A stretch of DNA of 64,000 bases from Camelus ferus (taxonomy: Eukaryota): positions 35,962,001 to 36,026,000 of the forward strand of contig NC_045697.1 of NCBI RefSeq assembly GCF_009834535.1, read 5' to 3'. A program made the translations under genes and the position numbers. The notes under the pieces were generated by a model, which saw only the letters and a list, made by a program, of their open reading frames with translations, did no database searches and was not told the DNA's origin. Position 1 is the first letter of the stretch. Each line of letters opens with the position of its first letter. Of the stretch, positions 34,431-48,189 are shown piece by piece.

Positions 34431-35388
34431 TTTTAAAAGGAATCTCTGCCTCAACATAAAAATATGCTTTTCTATTTATATGACACATTAAGAAATGTTA
34501 TGAAAAAAGTAAGCATACCTGAGTAGCTGAAATGAAAGACTAGACCCCTGTGAAACACCCGAGTTCTAAGAAGGTAGTGTTAAACTGTAGTTCGTATAAC
34601 TAAGACTGAAATAGTTCCATTGTATTGCAATATCCTTATCTAGAGAAATCGTACTCAACCATTTCATTTAAGCACACTGGGTTTTCAAAGTTTCAGTAAG
34701 GTTTAGTTTTTCTCTTCCTTTCTTTTGGAGATATTCCCCCAAAGACAGTACATTCTATTTCTCTTTGGATCACTTGTGTCTCTTAATTGGAGAGAAGTAT
34801 CTCATTTCCACAGCAAAGTACCTTGATAAGTTGTTGCAAGAACATTGCAAATAAAACATTGAGACTGTATCAAGAAATTGCTATATTAAGGTGCATTCCT
34901 AAGCAATTACTTACATATACATTTTCTCTTTTTAACTCCATTCCGGGAGAATAATCTTCTTTAAAGCTCATTTTGGAAAATGTCACTTGTGGGTTTTTTT
35001 CCTTTTCTTTTTCTTTTTCTGATCACAAGCCATTTTAGAGCTGTCAGAAACCTACACAGTGCAAGCAGCACCGTGGGGTTTCTCAGCATCAAAAATGAGG
35101 AGAATGCCAGGATGATCAGTTAACTTACTAAATGAAGGAAAAGGACATATTTAGATGTGCTCACAGAACAACCTGACAAGGTTAATGTTCCTAGATTAAT
35201 GGTCATGCAACTGGAAGTGACTTTTAAAATATATAATTCCTGAAGCCCAGATAGAATCATCACATTCTTGTGGGTTTAAAATGTTTGAAAGGATTGGAAT
35301 GAATTTATTAAAAGAGAGGTTGGAAAGAGAGTGGACGAGCTGACAGGAGGGGTCACACTGGAGGGGAACACCCACTACAGATGAGCAT

Positions 35389-35418
35389 GCACACACACAC
35401 ACACACACTCACACACAC
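35389..35418 (+). repeat. (CA)n microsatellite, interrupted
   Basis: Seen directly. Confidence 0.9.
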
Positions 35419-37229
35419 CCAACTGTTCACACGGCCCCCACGGCAAACTGGCTTCACTTTTGAGAACTTGAATATGAGCTAAATGCCTGCTCCAAAGGGT
35501 GTGTTCAGCACAGATCAAGGTAGCCCAAGAGAAGGGTTCCAGTACTGATGAAAGAACAGATGTGCCATCAACCCCGAAATGGACGGCAGTGGCTTCAGAC
35601 CTGAACCCCATGTCTGGAATATAGGCTGGAACATAAATGAAAGGAGAGGGGCACTGTTGGCCAGAGTATCACAGGGCTAGAAATGGCGGTAAGAGAAGAA
35701 AAGTCATTAACATGTGAGAACCAATTGTCCAGTGGTTTTCAGCAAATGCCTGGTCAGGGTGGAGCCTGGTGGCCGCTCACCTCCCCCGCTGGCTCCACTC
35801 ACACGCTCTCAGCACAGTCTCACCTCCTCCGTCCTCCAGCAGCGGAAACGCCTTCCTAGGAGGCCCCTCTCCCCGGGGAGCAGTGGGGAGCATTGGGCCA
35901 GGCCACCAGTTTTTCCAGTCCCTCTCGGAGCCCCTGCCTGCAGCCCACGCAGTCGGGCACACAGGTGTCAGCAAACGCGTTTTCACTCAGGAGGAAAGGA
36001 GGCCATCCTAGCTCACTCAGCTAACAAGCAGCGGCATCAGGATTTAAAACCAGCTCTGCTTCTCTCCAAAACTCAGATGCTTTCAATCATCCCATAATGC
36101 CACATCAGCGTTCCAGTCCTAATGGTAAATCTTTAACAAATGGTGGCAAGGACTTCTGACAGAAGCTAGTTTTAGGAATGCTGGTTTTTAAGGTTTTTTT
36201 TTTTTTTTACTTTCTCTCCTTCTCTCCATCCATCTTTTTCCTCCTTCTAGTCTTCTCTCTCCCTTTATTTTCTCTTTTTTCTAATCTTAAGGGAAGGCTT
36301 TTAGCCCCCACCTCATAATACCCAGCCTTTCATCTCTAATATGGACAGTTGGAGTTTTCTGCATTGCATGTCAAGTGCGGCTTCCAAGCCAGTCCCCGAC
36401 CCCGCCCCTCTATCCAGCCTGGTGCCCAACCCATCCTTCCCAGAAGCTGGGTGCCAGGCCTGTGTTCTTTCACATCTATTAGGCACTGTTGGAGAGTCCG
36501 GAACAGCATCCTCCTAGGAAGGAAGACCCGCCACCCAGGCTGCCCCCACTATTCCAGCCATCCCCTTTTTGGATCTTTCTCACTTGCAAAGGACTGGAGT
36601 CCCAGCATTTTTATTTTTCCTCCCTCTGTAAGGAGGAAAAAGAGAAGGTTCATTTGGGTGGACGTCAGACGCAGACCCTTCCACGTGAGGATTCCCAGAA
36701 AAGCAATTGAAAACTGAACACAGGCTTTAACTTTTTTCAGTTTCAAGCCTTATGTTTTCCAAAAGAAGAAAACGTTCTCCACTATAATAATTATTGGGAT
36801 AAAAGATGGGAATGAAGGTCATAACAAGCTGTGGTGAATAAACGTGAGTGGGAGTAAGAACAATCTGGTTCACACAGGGGCCTGGGCTCTGCAGACAGGG
36901 TGGGGGTCAGGGCCGGACACAGGGGGCCTGGTGTGGGCCTGCCTCTGTTCTTCTCTGGACGCTTATATGAGGCTGCCTTTTGCTCCGAAATCTTCTGGAA
37001 TTTAGGGAGAAACATGATAGAATAAATGAGCTGACCCATAAAATAGGGGTGCTCAGTTTCAGGGAAGTTCACCCAGCTGTCCTTACCAGTGGTGCCAGGA
37101 GTTCTGTTTATAAGCATATTAAGAGGATCAGACTAGCGGATCGAAAGGGTGTAGTTATAAAGCAGGTGTGTGTGTGTGTTGAAACCTGTATTCTATTTCA
37201 GACACATTCAAGTGTGTTTGAATCAGAGA

Positions 37230-37770
37230 CATGAGACTTGGATCATGGGTTGCTTCCTCCAGGAAGCCTTCCCTGACTGTTCCTGGCACGGTCTCCAGGG
37301 TGGGTCAGGCCTTCCTCCTGTGTAGGCAGCAACCACTCAGCACACCCAGCAGCACATTTACCTGGTGTACTTCTCCACCAGCCATGAACTTCTTGAGGAC
37401 CAGGGATGTGTTTTTTAGTCTTTACAATACCAGCACCTAGTCTAGGACCCAGCACATAGTAGGCCTTCAAGACCTGTGTGCTTGGAAGAGAGGCATCTTA
37501 AGACTTGAGGTGGTTGGAGGCGGGGTAATTAGTGGTTTACATTCAAGGGCTATCGAGCCAGACTTCTTGGGACACATAACACTGTTATTCCGTAGTAACT
37601 GTGAACTCTTAGACCTCAATTTCCTCATCTTTAAAATGGAGGTATGATTGGCACCTGCCTCTTTGGACTGTTGCATGTTGAATGAGGTAATTATTTAAAG
37701 AGCTTAGCCCAGAGTCGGCCGCTTAGCTTAGTGGGCAGTCCATAAACAACAGCTAATCTTACTATATTAT
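37230..37770 (+). mobile_element. L2 3' end followed by MIR
   Basis: TTCCTCCAGGAAGCCTTCCCTGAC...CAGCACATAGTAGGCC; MIR core CCTCAATTTCCTCATCTTTAAAATGG. Confidence 0.75.
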
Positions 37771-38489
37771 TAGGTAGAGGGAGCCTTTCAGAAAGAGAAC
37801 AAATGAACTGTAGTTCTGTCCCTACTTTGTCTCTAATCCAGGTTTTAGGGACTGACTCATCCTAAATCCTGCTTCTTTCTGTGTGGCATGTGAACATGTC
37901 CAGCTTTCCTGGAAACTACATCCTAGTCACTCATCTCAGCCATCTGAGCTCTGTGAACAAGGCTTGTGACTGCTCACAGCTCAGGGAGCAAGTCAGTTTA
38001 ATGCTGGCATTTCCAAGGAAGCTGATGATAATTCTAAAGCTAATTCTGTTCACTTAAGGACACTGGCCATTATCCCATTTCTGTGCACTTAAGGACCTCT
38101 TTGCTGGTTGCTGTGTTACAAGATGAACGTCAGAAAGATGGAGTGTTGTTTGCTTCCTTGGTGCTTCCAAATCTCTAAATATTTCACAGATTTGGAATTT
38201 CTCAAAATTAACACCCTCCCTAAAAATGATTACTCACTCCCTACCCCCTGCTAAGCCCTTTCATTATTATGACCCCACCAGTTTAAAGAACACTTTTATG
38301 TGATGGGCAGGCTAGCCTCCCTTTTGTAGATGAGGAATCAAAGACCCAGAGAAGTTAAGGTCATCCTGAGAACAGTAGTTGGGGGGAGGGCACTGTAGAA
38401 CTCAGGACTGTTGACAAAGAAACCAGTGTCTGTTCTTTAACACGTTTTGGCAATGTTAGAAATATTCCCTTCCTTAAGACCTTTCAGTA

Positions 38490-38955
38490 CTCTAGCAGAA
38501 ACTGCTGTTTATCCATTCTCCCTTTCTTCCTTAGTAATAAAACACCCAATTTTTAACTAGGCACACGGGCAACTAAGACTCCATTCCCCAGCCTCTCCAG
38601 CAGATAGATATAGCTACGTGATTAAGTTCTGGCAATGAGAGTAAGTGGAAATGATGTGCATCTGGGAAAGAACAAAACATGTTTTTCCCTCCTCCTTTCT
38701 GCTGACTGCCATGAGGATGTGATAGCTGGAAATCAAGCAGCCATTCTGAACCATGAGGTAGAGGTAAACTGTGTTCTGAGGACGGCAGATGGAAGATAGA
38801 AGGTGCTAGTCCCTGATACTGTGGACAGGCATCCTAGCTTCTGATGGATTATGAAAACCTCAGTTCATGTGGGGAAGAGATACATTTCTGCCTTGTTTAA
38901 TGGATTATTATTTGGGGTTTCTGTCACTTGCAGACAAACCTAACCTAAACAAAAC
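38490..38955 (+). mobile_element. Old MaLR LTR (MLT1J/K-like)
   Basis: CCATTCTCCCTTTCTTCCTTAGTAATA...GATGTGATAGCTGGAAATCAAGCAGCCATTCTG...TGTCACTTGCAG. Confidence 0.75.
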
Positions 38956-39391
38956 AAGTGATTTTCTACTGCACTGAGAACAAAATCCCAGATACTCACT
39001 GAGTGCTGCCAGACCCTGCATGGCCTGGCCCTGGCTTAGTTTTTCAGCATTGTCTTGCATCAAACTCCTTTTTGCTCCCTACATTTTAACCCACTCTCCT
39101 TTCTCATATGCTGTTCCTTATGCATGGAATGCATTCACCTGGATAACTTCTGCTCCCCACTGGGGTCTCAGTCTACATGCCCATATTTCAGAGAGGCATT
39201 CCTCGACCAAGCTCCTTTTATACTTTTCCTTTCCCTTTGTTCTTTTGTTTTCTAGCACCTAGCTTTTCAGTGTGGAAATATATATTTTATTGCATGGTTA
39301 TTTGCTTAATGTCTGTCTTAACTACTAGATGTTAGCTCTAAGGACTGGGGGACCCTCAACCCAGTACACCCTGGCCGTACACAGAGCCCAC

Positions 39392-39945
39392 TTGTGGCAG
39401 ACTGTCGTTAGCTACAGCATTTCCCATCCCACATATGCTTCTGCAGTGTGATTTTTCGCTCTCCCATCAAGAAGTAGAATCTATGTCTCCACCTCCTCCA
39501 ATCTGGCTAGGCCCCGTGACAGCTTTCACTCATAGAATACGACAGAAGTGACACTCTACCTGTTCTAGGGGTGGCCCTTAACTGGGCTGGCAGCTTCTGC
39601 TTTCCCCCTTTAAAAGTCATCTGTCACATAAGAAGGGCAGGTACCCTGAAGCCACCAAGCTCAAGCCATTGGAGAAGGCCTGGAGAGTGAAACACTATGG
39701 GGGCAGAGAAGGACAGCCCACAGGTACCGAGGCCCCTGCTACAGTGAGGGAGCCATCCCGTCGTCCAGCCCAGGGGAGCCTTTGGATAACTGCAGGCCCA
39801 GCTTCCATCTGATGGCAAGCACATGAGACTCAAAGCAGGGACCCCCGAGCTGAGCCCAGCCAAAGGACAACTCTGTAAGAATAAATAGTTATGTAAAGCC
39901 ACTGTGTTTTGGGGTGGTTTGTTATACAGCAAGATAATGTGAACA
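39392..39945 (+). mobile_element. MaLR LTR (MLT1F/G/H-like) splitting an L2 3' end
   Basis: TGTGGCAGACTG...CCCATCAAGAAGTAGAATCTATGTCTCC...AAGCCACTGTGTTTTGGGGTGGTTTGTTATACAGCAAGATAATGTGAACA. Confidence 0.8.
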
Positions 39946-41319
39946 TGGGCAAAGAGTAGCCATTCATCAAATGGCTGATGGATAGGTTTTATTCTTTTTG
40001 TCCTTTGATTGTGGGAAGCTAAAAATCCACAGCAACCCTGAGACAGACCTGGAACTGGCATGTGTCCTAGGGTGGAGCTCCGGCCCTGGGCTACAACATC
40101 CTAACTGAAGGCCTGCGGTTTAATCCTCATGAGATGAATGCAAGGAGAAGATGCCTTCTCCACACACATGGGAGAAAAGACTGGGAGGTATCAGCTGGCT
40201 GTGCTTGGCCTCCTTGCTTACGGCGGCACATGCCACTTTAAACCATCATAAACACAGCTAAACTATCTGAACAATGAGTGAGGTGGGCAGGAAGTGAGGA
40301 AGTTCAGGAGATGCAAACCGGTGGTGGTGAGACACCATGTGGACAATGGTCACAGCTTTCTCTGGGCAGTAGGGTTATGGGCCATTGTAAATATTCTTTT
40401 TCCCTTTTGCTCATCTGCATTTTCTAGATATCCTCCAAAGCACGTCTTACCGTTTTACTAAAAATAAGAAATGAATTTTTATTTAAAGTCTTCAGTTGTG
40501 CTGTGAACTTGGCAGAAAGTGAAAATAACCAAACCAAACTGAGATAAGACAAAACCACCAAGCAAAACCCAGGCTCCAAACCTGCATTCTCAGCAGCCAA
40601 TCTTAAAGGCTGTTTTTTAGGAAAAAAAAGAAATAAGCATATCCCAGTGTAGCTTAGAAAGGCCAAGTGACAGTGAGCATTGGAATGAGGTGCCAAGGGG
40701 ATGGCAGGAGTCTGGAAACCAGGGGCAGAGCTGCAGAGCATGCCCCGTCTTTATTTTTCAGTGGAATGTTGGTTTGCTCAGCCTGAGCCATCAGTGCTCC
40801 ATCTAGCAGGATCCTGGACTCGCCAAACCCCCTGATTTATAATTATCCAGCATTCAGTTGCTCTTTGGAAACTATTTTGGTCATTATGCTCAATGCTGTG
40901 ATTAATTATACCTTAATAAAAGGCCAAGATATATTCTCTGGAAATGTAAACTTTTCTGATTGGGGGGGAGTACTTTTCAGCTCAGCCAGCTCAGGGGCCA
41001 CGTAACGCTGAGTCACCAGTGCAGAACCACTGCTTTAAAGCGGGCAGCTGACGATTTGGAAATCTGATGAGAAAAAAAAAAAAATTAAAACTAGAAAAAC
41101 TAGCTTGGGAAGTGAGTAACTGCCTTTTCAATAGCATCCCCCAGGATTCTCCTAAGGGCAGGTTCAAGACTGTGTAATCTCATTTTATTCAACATTATTT
41201 ATTGACTCCTGCCTGGTGGCCTCAAGCTATTTGGGCCACTGGCTCCCTGTAACATATGGTGTTCATTTATTCATTCATTCACTCATTCTGTAAGAATTGT
41301 GAGCACAGGCAGCACTGGG

Positions 41320-42372
41320 GCCCCAGACAGATGGGCGAAACCATCTTGGACCTTCCAGCCCAGTTGAACTGTCAGCTGAATGCAGCTGCCAGAGTGAACT
41401 AGCCAAGGCCACGTGAGCCCTGCCCAAATTCCTGACCCACAGAAACATGAACGATAGTAAACAGTTGTTGTGTTAAACCACTAAGCTTTGGGTTGTTATG
41501 CAGCAATACACAACCGATAAACTCTATCTGAACCCTCTCTCTCCCCCTGAGGAGTGTAAGAAGTCAAGACAGAGCCTTTTACTTTGACTCCCAAATCTGC
41601 AAAAGACCTGGGAGGCCTGGGTTGACCTGCTCTGACTCCATTTGTCTTCATATACCCAGTAAAGGAGCTCTAGCTGCCTTAAAAGCTGCTCCTCTGACAC
41701 CAAAATGTTATCAATGGATTTCTTTGGATGATGTAGTTATAGGTAATTTTCTGCCTTTTTCAACTTTTCTAGACTTAGCTAAAATTGCTTCAATAATGAG
41801 GAAAGATACGGCAGGGCTCTCTTCCATTGTGGCAGCCATACCCAATCCTTTTCTTCCTTCCTGTAGGGTCTTAAAGAGCCAGATACTCATCTTCCTAGTC
41901 TTCCTTGCAGCTGGAGGTGACAAAGCAAAAATGTATCATCCAATAAGATACAAAATCAAGTCTGATGAAGGGCTTTTGGGCAAGAGTTTCCCTTTCTGGA
42001 ACAAAGAAAAGAAAAAAAGAGTTACACAGGAGAATTTACTCTTGCTCTCCTCCTTCTGCTTCCTGCCTTTGGATATGGTTACTTAAGAATGGGATGTCTG
42101 GAGCTCCTGCAGCAATCTTGTAACCCTGAGGCAATAAGTCTACAGTTTAAAAAAAAAAAAAAAAGGTTTTCTTAAAAAAATAAAAAGAAACAGAAGGATG
42201 GAAAACATTTGGCTTCTTGATGTCTTGATACCACCATAAGTTGTTAGATAACCCTGAGATTTTTTTCAACCTCTTAACTCCTTGTTAACTAACTGACAAA
42301 TGCACTTAGGGCTTAAAACACTGTAAGATTTTTTTTATTACTTGCAGCTGAAAGCATTCCTAGCTGATACAA
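41320..42372 (+). mobile_element. Two old MaLR LTR fragments (about 41320-41522 and 41826-42372)
   Basis: CCTGCCCAAATTCCTGACCCACAGAA; TTACTTGCAGCTGAAAGCATTCCTAGCTGATACA terminus. Confidence 0.7.
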
Positions 42373-42864
42373 TAATCCTGTGAGTATTTAACATTCCTTT
42401 TCTAGTACTGATTTTTTTCCCATGTAGCTAAATCCAATTCCTCCTATTTGTAAGTTAATCCTTTTCCTCTTATTTTGTCTCAATGGAGACAGCAACTTGC
42501 TGGTTACCCATCTTTGCATTGTTAAACCTGTTAGGTATAAAACAGCTCTTGTCAAGGGTTAAATGTTAGTTACTCACAATCCAGTTTATGAGGTCTGTTT
42601 GCCTATCTTCAGCTGTGGTGCTGACAAAGTCATTACTCTGCAAAACTCCTGATGGCTTTGGCAGATGTGGGTAGGTGGCATGTGTCCTGCTGCTTTTCCT
42701 CTCAGCCTCACCAGGCTGGACAGCATCATTCCCTCACCAGCCACAACACCCGACTCAGGAAGGCACACTCAGGAAGGCACTGAGAAGGTCTGCACAATTC
42801 TACCAGAAGCAAAGATACAGGAAAACTCAGGTCAATCTCAGCCACAGTGACCTACACTAATTTT

Positions 42865-43720
42865 CTGTTTTTCCTTCAACTTTGTATTATGGCAACTTTG
42901 AAACATATACAAAAAAAGACAAAAGAGTATTACAAACCCCCAGGTACCTAGCACTCAGCTTCAACAGTTACTGATTCATGAACATTCTTTTTTATACTAT
43001 ACATCTACCCACTTAACTACTTCCTATGTTATTTTGGAGCAAATACCAGACATATCACTTCATCTATATATGTCAGTATGCAGTTCTAAAAGCCAATGAG
43101 TCATTTAAAAATATAACCACCATATCATTAGTACACGTAAAGATAATTCCTTAATACCATCAAATATTCAGTCAGTGTTCAAATTTCCACCGCTTATCTT
43201 AAGATTGGTTGTATTATATACCATTGCTTTTAGTTGACACAAAAGTAGCACATATTTATTGAAGGACTTTGGGGAAGCATGAGAAAGCACATAGAAGACA
43301 ATTTAGACTCACCTACAAGCCCCAGAGCTGATGCCAAGGCCTATGGTGCCCTGTGTGATTAGGAAAAGATGTCACTTCCAAGACGTCAGTCACTGCTGTT
43401 CTGTCAAGCAGACACCTGTGGGCCGTGCATGGACTGGCCATTGTGTGTTCACAGCCCTGAGTATTTCATCAGTGTTTGTTTACATTTTGGAGTATAGCTT
43501 TCCAGATTTTTATGGATACATACCTAATTTTTGCATAACTGTTTTCATATTATACATTCTGTTTTTGTAAGCAGCTTTTTTTTCACTTAATAGCAGACCA
43601 TAAACATTTCCCCGTGTCATTAAATTTGCTCCCAAAGCATGACTTTCTGTGGCTGCATTGGGGTGCACTGTATGGCTGTACCATAGTGGGTTTAAGCAGT
43701 GGCCAATTGTTTAGACCTAT
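42865..43720 (-). mobile_element. Old L1 3' UTR fragments (L1MC/ME-like)
   Basis: TATTTTGGAGCAAATACCAGACATATCACTTCATCT...ACCATCAAATATTCAGTCAGTGTTCAAATTTCC. Confidence 0.7.
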
Positions 43721-44808
43721 TGCCTTTGGAGTCACTGCCTGTCTTTGGTAGCTAAAACACAGGCAAGAACGTTATGTGCTTCTCAGGAGGAACATTAAAA
43801 CACACAGGGAAATTTCTGCATACACATTGCATGATTGAGGTTTTAAATTGGTTCCACCCACTGGTTTTGGAAGAAAGCAAAGATATGGTTCCACTTACTT
43901 CGACTCACGCCTGTGGGGCAGGGAGAACCATCTCTTGGCATGTTTAGATTCCTAGCAATTTTGCAGTAAACAAGAAGCTTCGGTGAAGAGTAGTGAGGCA
44001 AGAAAATAGAGCATGTCTATTAGGACAGCCACTCCCAAAGTTATGCAACCGGGAGATTCGGGGTTTGGGAAACCAACCTCAGCTAGTGGACTCAAGGGTT
44101 CTCTTGGACCAAAATTGCCAAGTTCTAGGGCCTGAACACAGCCACCCCTGGATGCAAACCCCCAACTAAGAAACATCACAGACTCAGGAGTTGGCCAATG
44201 GATTCTTGGAAATTTGCCAGCTCATAATCTTCATCTCTTGAGAATTAGGGTAAACATTAAGATGAATTGCAAAGCATCATTTGCCCAAACGGCCCACAGT
44301 CAGCCCACGCCTGAGCCACAGCATTTTCTATGGCAGCTCTTACCTTCCTGACTGAGTCCACTAAACTAAAGGACTCACTTTAGTGAAGTCATTGGGACAG
44401 AGTGGGGTCAGAGGGCAGATGGAAACAAGGAACTCCCAATCCCAGAAGCCACTCCTATGGGTCATGCAATTTGGTAGGTGCCTTGAAATCCCTCAGATGG
44501 GAAGGCTGCTTAAATGCAAATGATCAGAATTATGTTGGGCAGCCAAAAGAAGGGTTAGGAGGAAAACTCTTCCAATTTTACATCAACTTATAAACTTTAA
44601 AAATTGATAAGGAGCCCATATCACTGGGCTTGCTGAAGGCGTTTCTCAGGATAGGAGGAGGCACAGAGTGTCAGGTCCTGCTAAGAGGAGACTTGTACAC
44701 TAAATGTGACCTGGGTGATGTGCAGGAGCCATCACTCATCACTTCCAAGGAGCTGCATTTTCACCCAGAATTTCACCCGCCTCTCATATCATAAATGCTG
44801 TCAGATGG

Positions 44809-45182
44809 TGTATTAGTTTCCTAAGGCAGCTGTAACCAAGTACCACAGGCTGGATGACTTAAAACAACAAAGAGTATCCTCTCACAGTTCTGGAGGTTAG
44901 AAGTTTGAAATCCAGGTGCTGGCAGGGCCATGATCCCTCCAAGCCCCTAGGGGAGGACACTTCCTTGTCTCTTCCAGCTTTGGTGGCTTCATGCAGGTGT
45001 CCTTGGGTTGTGGCTGTGTAACTCTAACCCCTCATCTTTACATGGATTAGGCTCCACCCTAATGACTTCATTTTGACTCAATTCAATCTGCCAAGATTCT
45101 ATTTCCAAATAAGATCACATTCACAGGTGCTCAAGGTTAGGACTTCTATATATCTTTGGGGGACACAATCCAACCCATAACA
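44809..45182 (-). mobile_element. MaLR solo LTR (MLT1A/B/C-like) with near-perfect TSD
   Basis: TGTATTAGTTTCCTAAGGCAGCTGTAAC...GGGACACAATCCAACCCATAACA; TSD GATGG (44804-44808) / GATAG (45183-45187). Confidence 0.9.
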
Positions 45183-45525
45183 GATAGGAAGTCAAAGGTC
45201 TGGGATTATAGATCCAGCTTCATCACCAATTGCTGTGTGATCCCGAGCAAGTCACTTACCATCCCCGGGCCCTGGGCACCCTCATCTGTCCCCACAGTTT
45301 CCCTTGTGGCCTATGGATTCAATGCAGTTTGAACAAGAGCCTAAATTATTGCAGATCAGTGAAAGAGAACAGACTCAAGGTGGAGAAAGGGTCTGCCAGG
45401 GTGGAAACAGCTTCATAACTCAGGCGTTAGGACTACAACATATCTTTGGGGGACACAATTCAACCCATAACAGATAGAAAGTCAAAGCTCCGGGATTATA
45501 GATCCAGCTTCATCACCAACTGCTG
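45136..45525 (+). repeat. 100-bp non-adjacent direct duplication (45136-45235 and 45426-45525)
   Basis: Ungapped alignment with 8 mismatches in 100 bp, offset 290 bp. Confidence 0.95.
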
Positions 45526-47299
45526 ATGCCAGGACTGGGGTGGAGGGGACTGTGTAATGGGCTCCGGAGAGGATTGGGTACTTCGAGTGGGGAATCAAAG
45601 GCACAGGATCCCTCCGGCAGCCAGGTCCTCAACTGAGCGTCAGCATCAGAATCGCCGTGCTCCCCGCCACGTACCGGGGGCAACTAACCCCCCGGACAGC
45701 ACCCATGATCATCGGTCCTAGAGCCCATGACTCTCGGCTTCCAAATCTCATCATTAAACCAGCACTCACAGGTGAGACCCACTCAGCTCAGACAACTCAG
45801 GGTAATCAATCCAACTAAATATGCCTCCCCTTAGCCCAGCTTAAATATTTAGACAGTTACGGCAAATATGTGTTCCAAATGCAGAGGCTGGGAGTGGGTG
45901 AGAGGATTTTAGCTCTGGGTGAGACTGAAGAAACTTGACATGTTATTGAATTCAGGGCTGCAGAAGGTGAGGCCAGGCAGTTACACATCCCAGGAATGCG
46001 GATGTAGAGCTCAGTGTGTATCTGAGGCTGACAGGGTTTGACACTCTCCATCTGGGAACAATAACCCGCCAGCAGCAGGCCAGGCCTCCCGGCTCTGTCC
46101 CTCTTGCTTTCCCCCTGCCATGGGCTCTGAGTGGGGAGGTGGTGGGGACATGAATGTCCCTGTTACTCTACGGTCCCCGGCTGCATGCAGGAGTCCTGGA
46201 AAAGGCAGGGCTGGGGGGCTGGCTCACCGAATGCTTGCAATTCCAGGAGCAGCGGGCTGAGGATAGAATCCATTCTCCCCCCTCTGGGAGACCTGGGTGG
46301 AATGCCATGGCGGGGAAGGCAATTTGGGATGCCAACGGGTCACCCAGCCGGCGGGGGACAGCGAGCCGCAGTGAGGCCGGGGGGGGGGGGGGAGGTGGCC
46401 GGCAGTGTGTTCATGGCACGTTGAACACCTCGGGCTTCTTTGTGAGAGTGGGGGAGGGGGCTTCCATCTGTGAAGTTCAAAGCGTCGTTCACAAACTTCC
46501 TCCGCTAATCCTCACTCTGATCTGAATTTTGTTGTGTAACTAAACTGATTACAAGAATTTGGTGAATCAGGTGATGCTGGGCCTCTTGCACAGACTTCCT
46601 CAGGCTTGGCCCCCACGCGGCACACCGGCCCTGGGGCAGGGCAGTGAGGTGGGGGAGGCTGGTTTATGGCAGAGAATGTGGGAGGAGGAAGGCGCCTCGG
46701 GGACCAGCTCACAGGCGCGATGCTGAGGGGAGTGAATGTGAGAAGATAGATATGTGACTTCAAAATCTCCTTTCTGTGCCCCGGACTGACAGCCCCGACT
46801 ACTTCCTGGTTATCTCCATGAGCCCATCAAACACAACGTGCCCAGAGCTAAAGTCAGTGTCTCCTCCCACCCTACTTCCTCCTGGCTGTACTGCCCTGAC
46901 ACCTGGGGGTCCTGGGGCCTCTGCCCCAGGGTACTTGGAAGTTCCCTCCTGCTGTCTTTCGGCTGTGCCCACCCAGAGCCCAGGCCAAGCCCCCAACAAT
47001 CTTATGTGCCAAGGCCCAGAATTCCCCACCCAAACAGCTCCAAGCTTCTCCTGGCATCTGTGCAGGTCTCTGGACCCGGTCAGCACCCCCCACACCACCC
47101 CCACTGGAGGATGCATTCTGCTGCTGGCGCAGGAGATGCTGTTTGTGTGTCGGGTGGGGTGTAGGCCAGAGGGTGCACGTGTAAGTCTCCCCACCATACC
47201 GTAGAGGGACAGGCTTTAGCCGCAGGTCCTGGCCCTGTGTTATCCAGCCCCAGGACACATCATCACCAGAGTTTCTGAAGCCAGAAACCCTGAGCCAGG

Positions 47300-47860
47300 C
47301 CCCCACCATCACGTGTGAATACATCCTCCTGTCCCAAACAGATCCTCCTCGCCAACCAGTCCCCAGGTTCTCACAATGCCACCTCCGGGATGGCTCTCGT
47401 GTGCTTCGCCTTCTCTCCATCCAAACTGCCACTGCCTCTCTCCGCTCTCCTGGATGGAGCAATGGCCCCATCACTAGTTTCCCTGTCTCTGTGCCTGCTC
47501 CTCTCCAACTCATCCTCTGCACTGGCCAGAAGGCTCTCTCAGCCTTACATCTTGTGACTTCTTGGTTATTCACAGTCTGAATGACCTCTACTTGACCTTT
47601 ATCTCCACCTGGAGGTCAGCCCTGTGGCAGCCTTCCTGGACACTCCTGGATAGGGCCAAGGATCTGCCAGTGAACTGCCAGGGAGCCTCACCCTTGGCCC
47701 TGGGCATGCCCCCTACACATTACAAGTGCCTGCGAATTTCCTATACCGTGAGGACTGTGGGGGCAGTGACACTGCAGGTGTTGATTCTTGGGTCCACAAT
47801 ACCTAGCACAATGTCTTGGGCAGGTTGGATGTTAAACAAATATGTGTTGAATGAATAAAG
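47300..47860 (+). mobile_element. L2 fragment to its 3' end
   Basis: Ends CCTAGCACAATGTCTTGG...AAATATGTGTTGAATGAATAAA. Confidence 0.7.
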
Positions 47861-48189
47861 GGTCCAGACTGATGGTGACATTGCTAAGACTGGGACCTAG
47901 GTGTCTTGTCAGAGCCAGGAAACTTCCCAGACCAAGAGTTTTTGAGGAGAGTTTAAACATTGCTGTTAAGCTAAGGCATCCTTGGAAATGTGCCAGCATG
48001 GAGAAAACTACTTACTGGAATCTGTCTGTAGGAGAGTAGAGTATAACATGGTTCAAAGAAAACTTAACATTCTCGGGGAATATTTGAGTAACCAGTAAAT
48101 ACGGTGCTTTATGAAGTGCTTTTTTGCTAGGTGGGTGTGCAAATTTGGGTCCAAAGCAGAACGGCTTCAGGACAACAAACTGGAGAGTG

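Noticed and set aside
46776..47573. 142-aa and 233-aa ORFs
   Set aside because: GC-rich and partly L2-derived, overlapping on both strands, with no coherent splice structure or domain.
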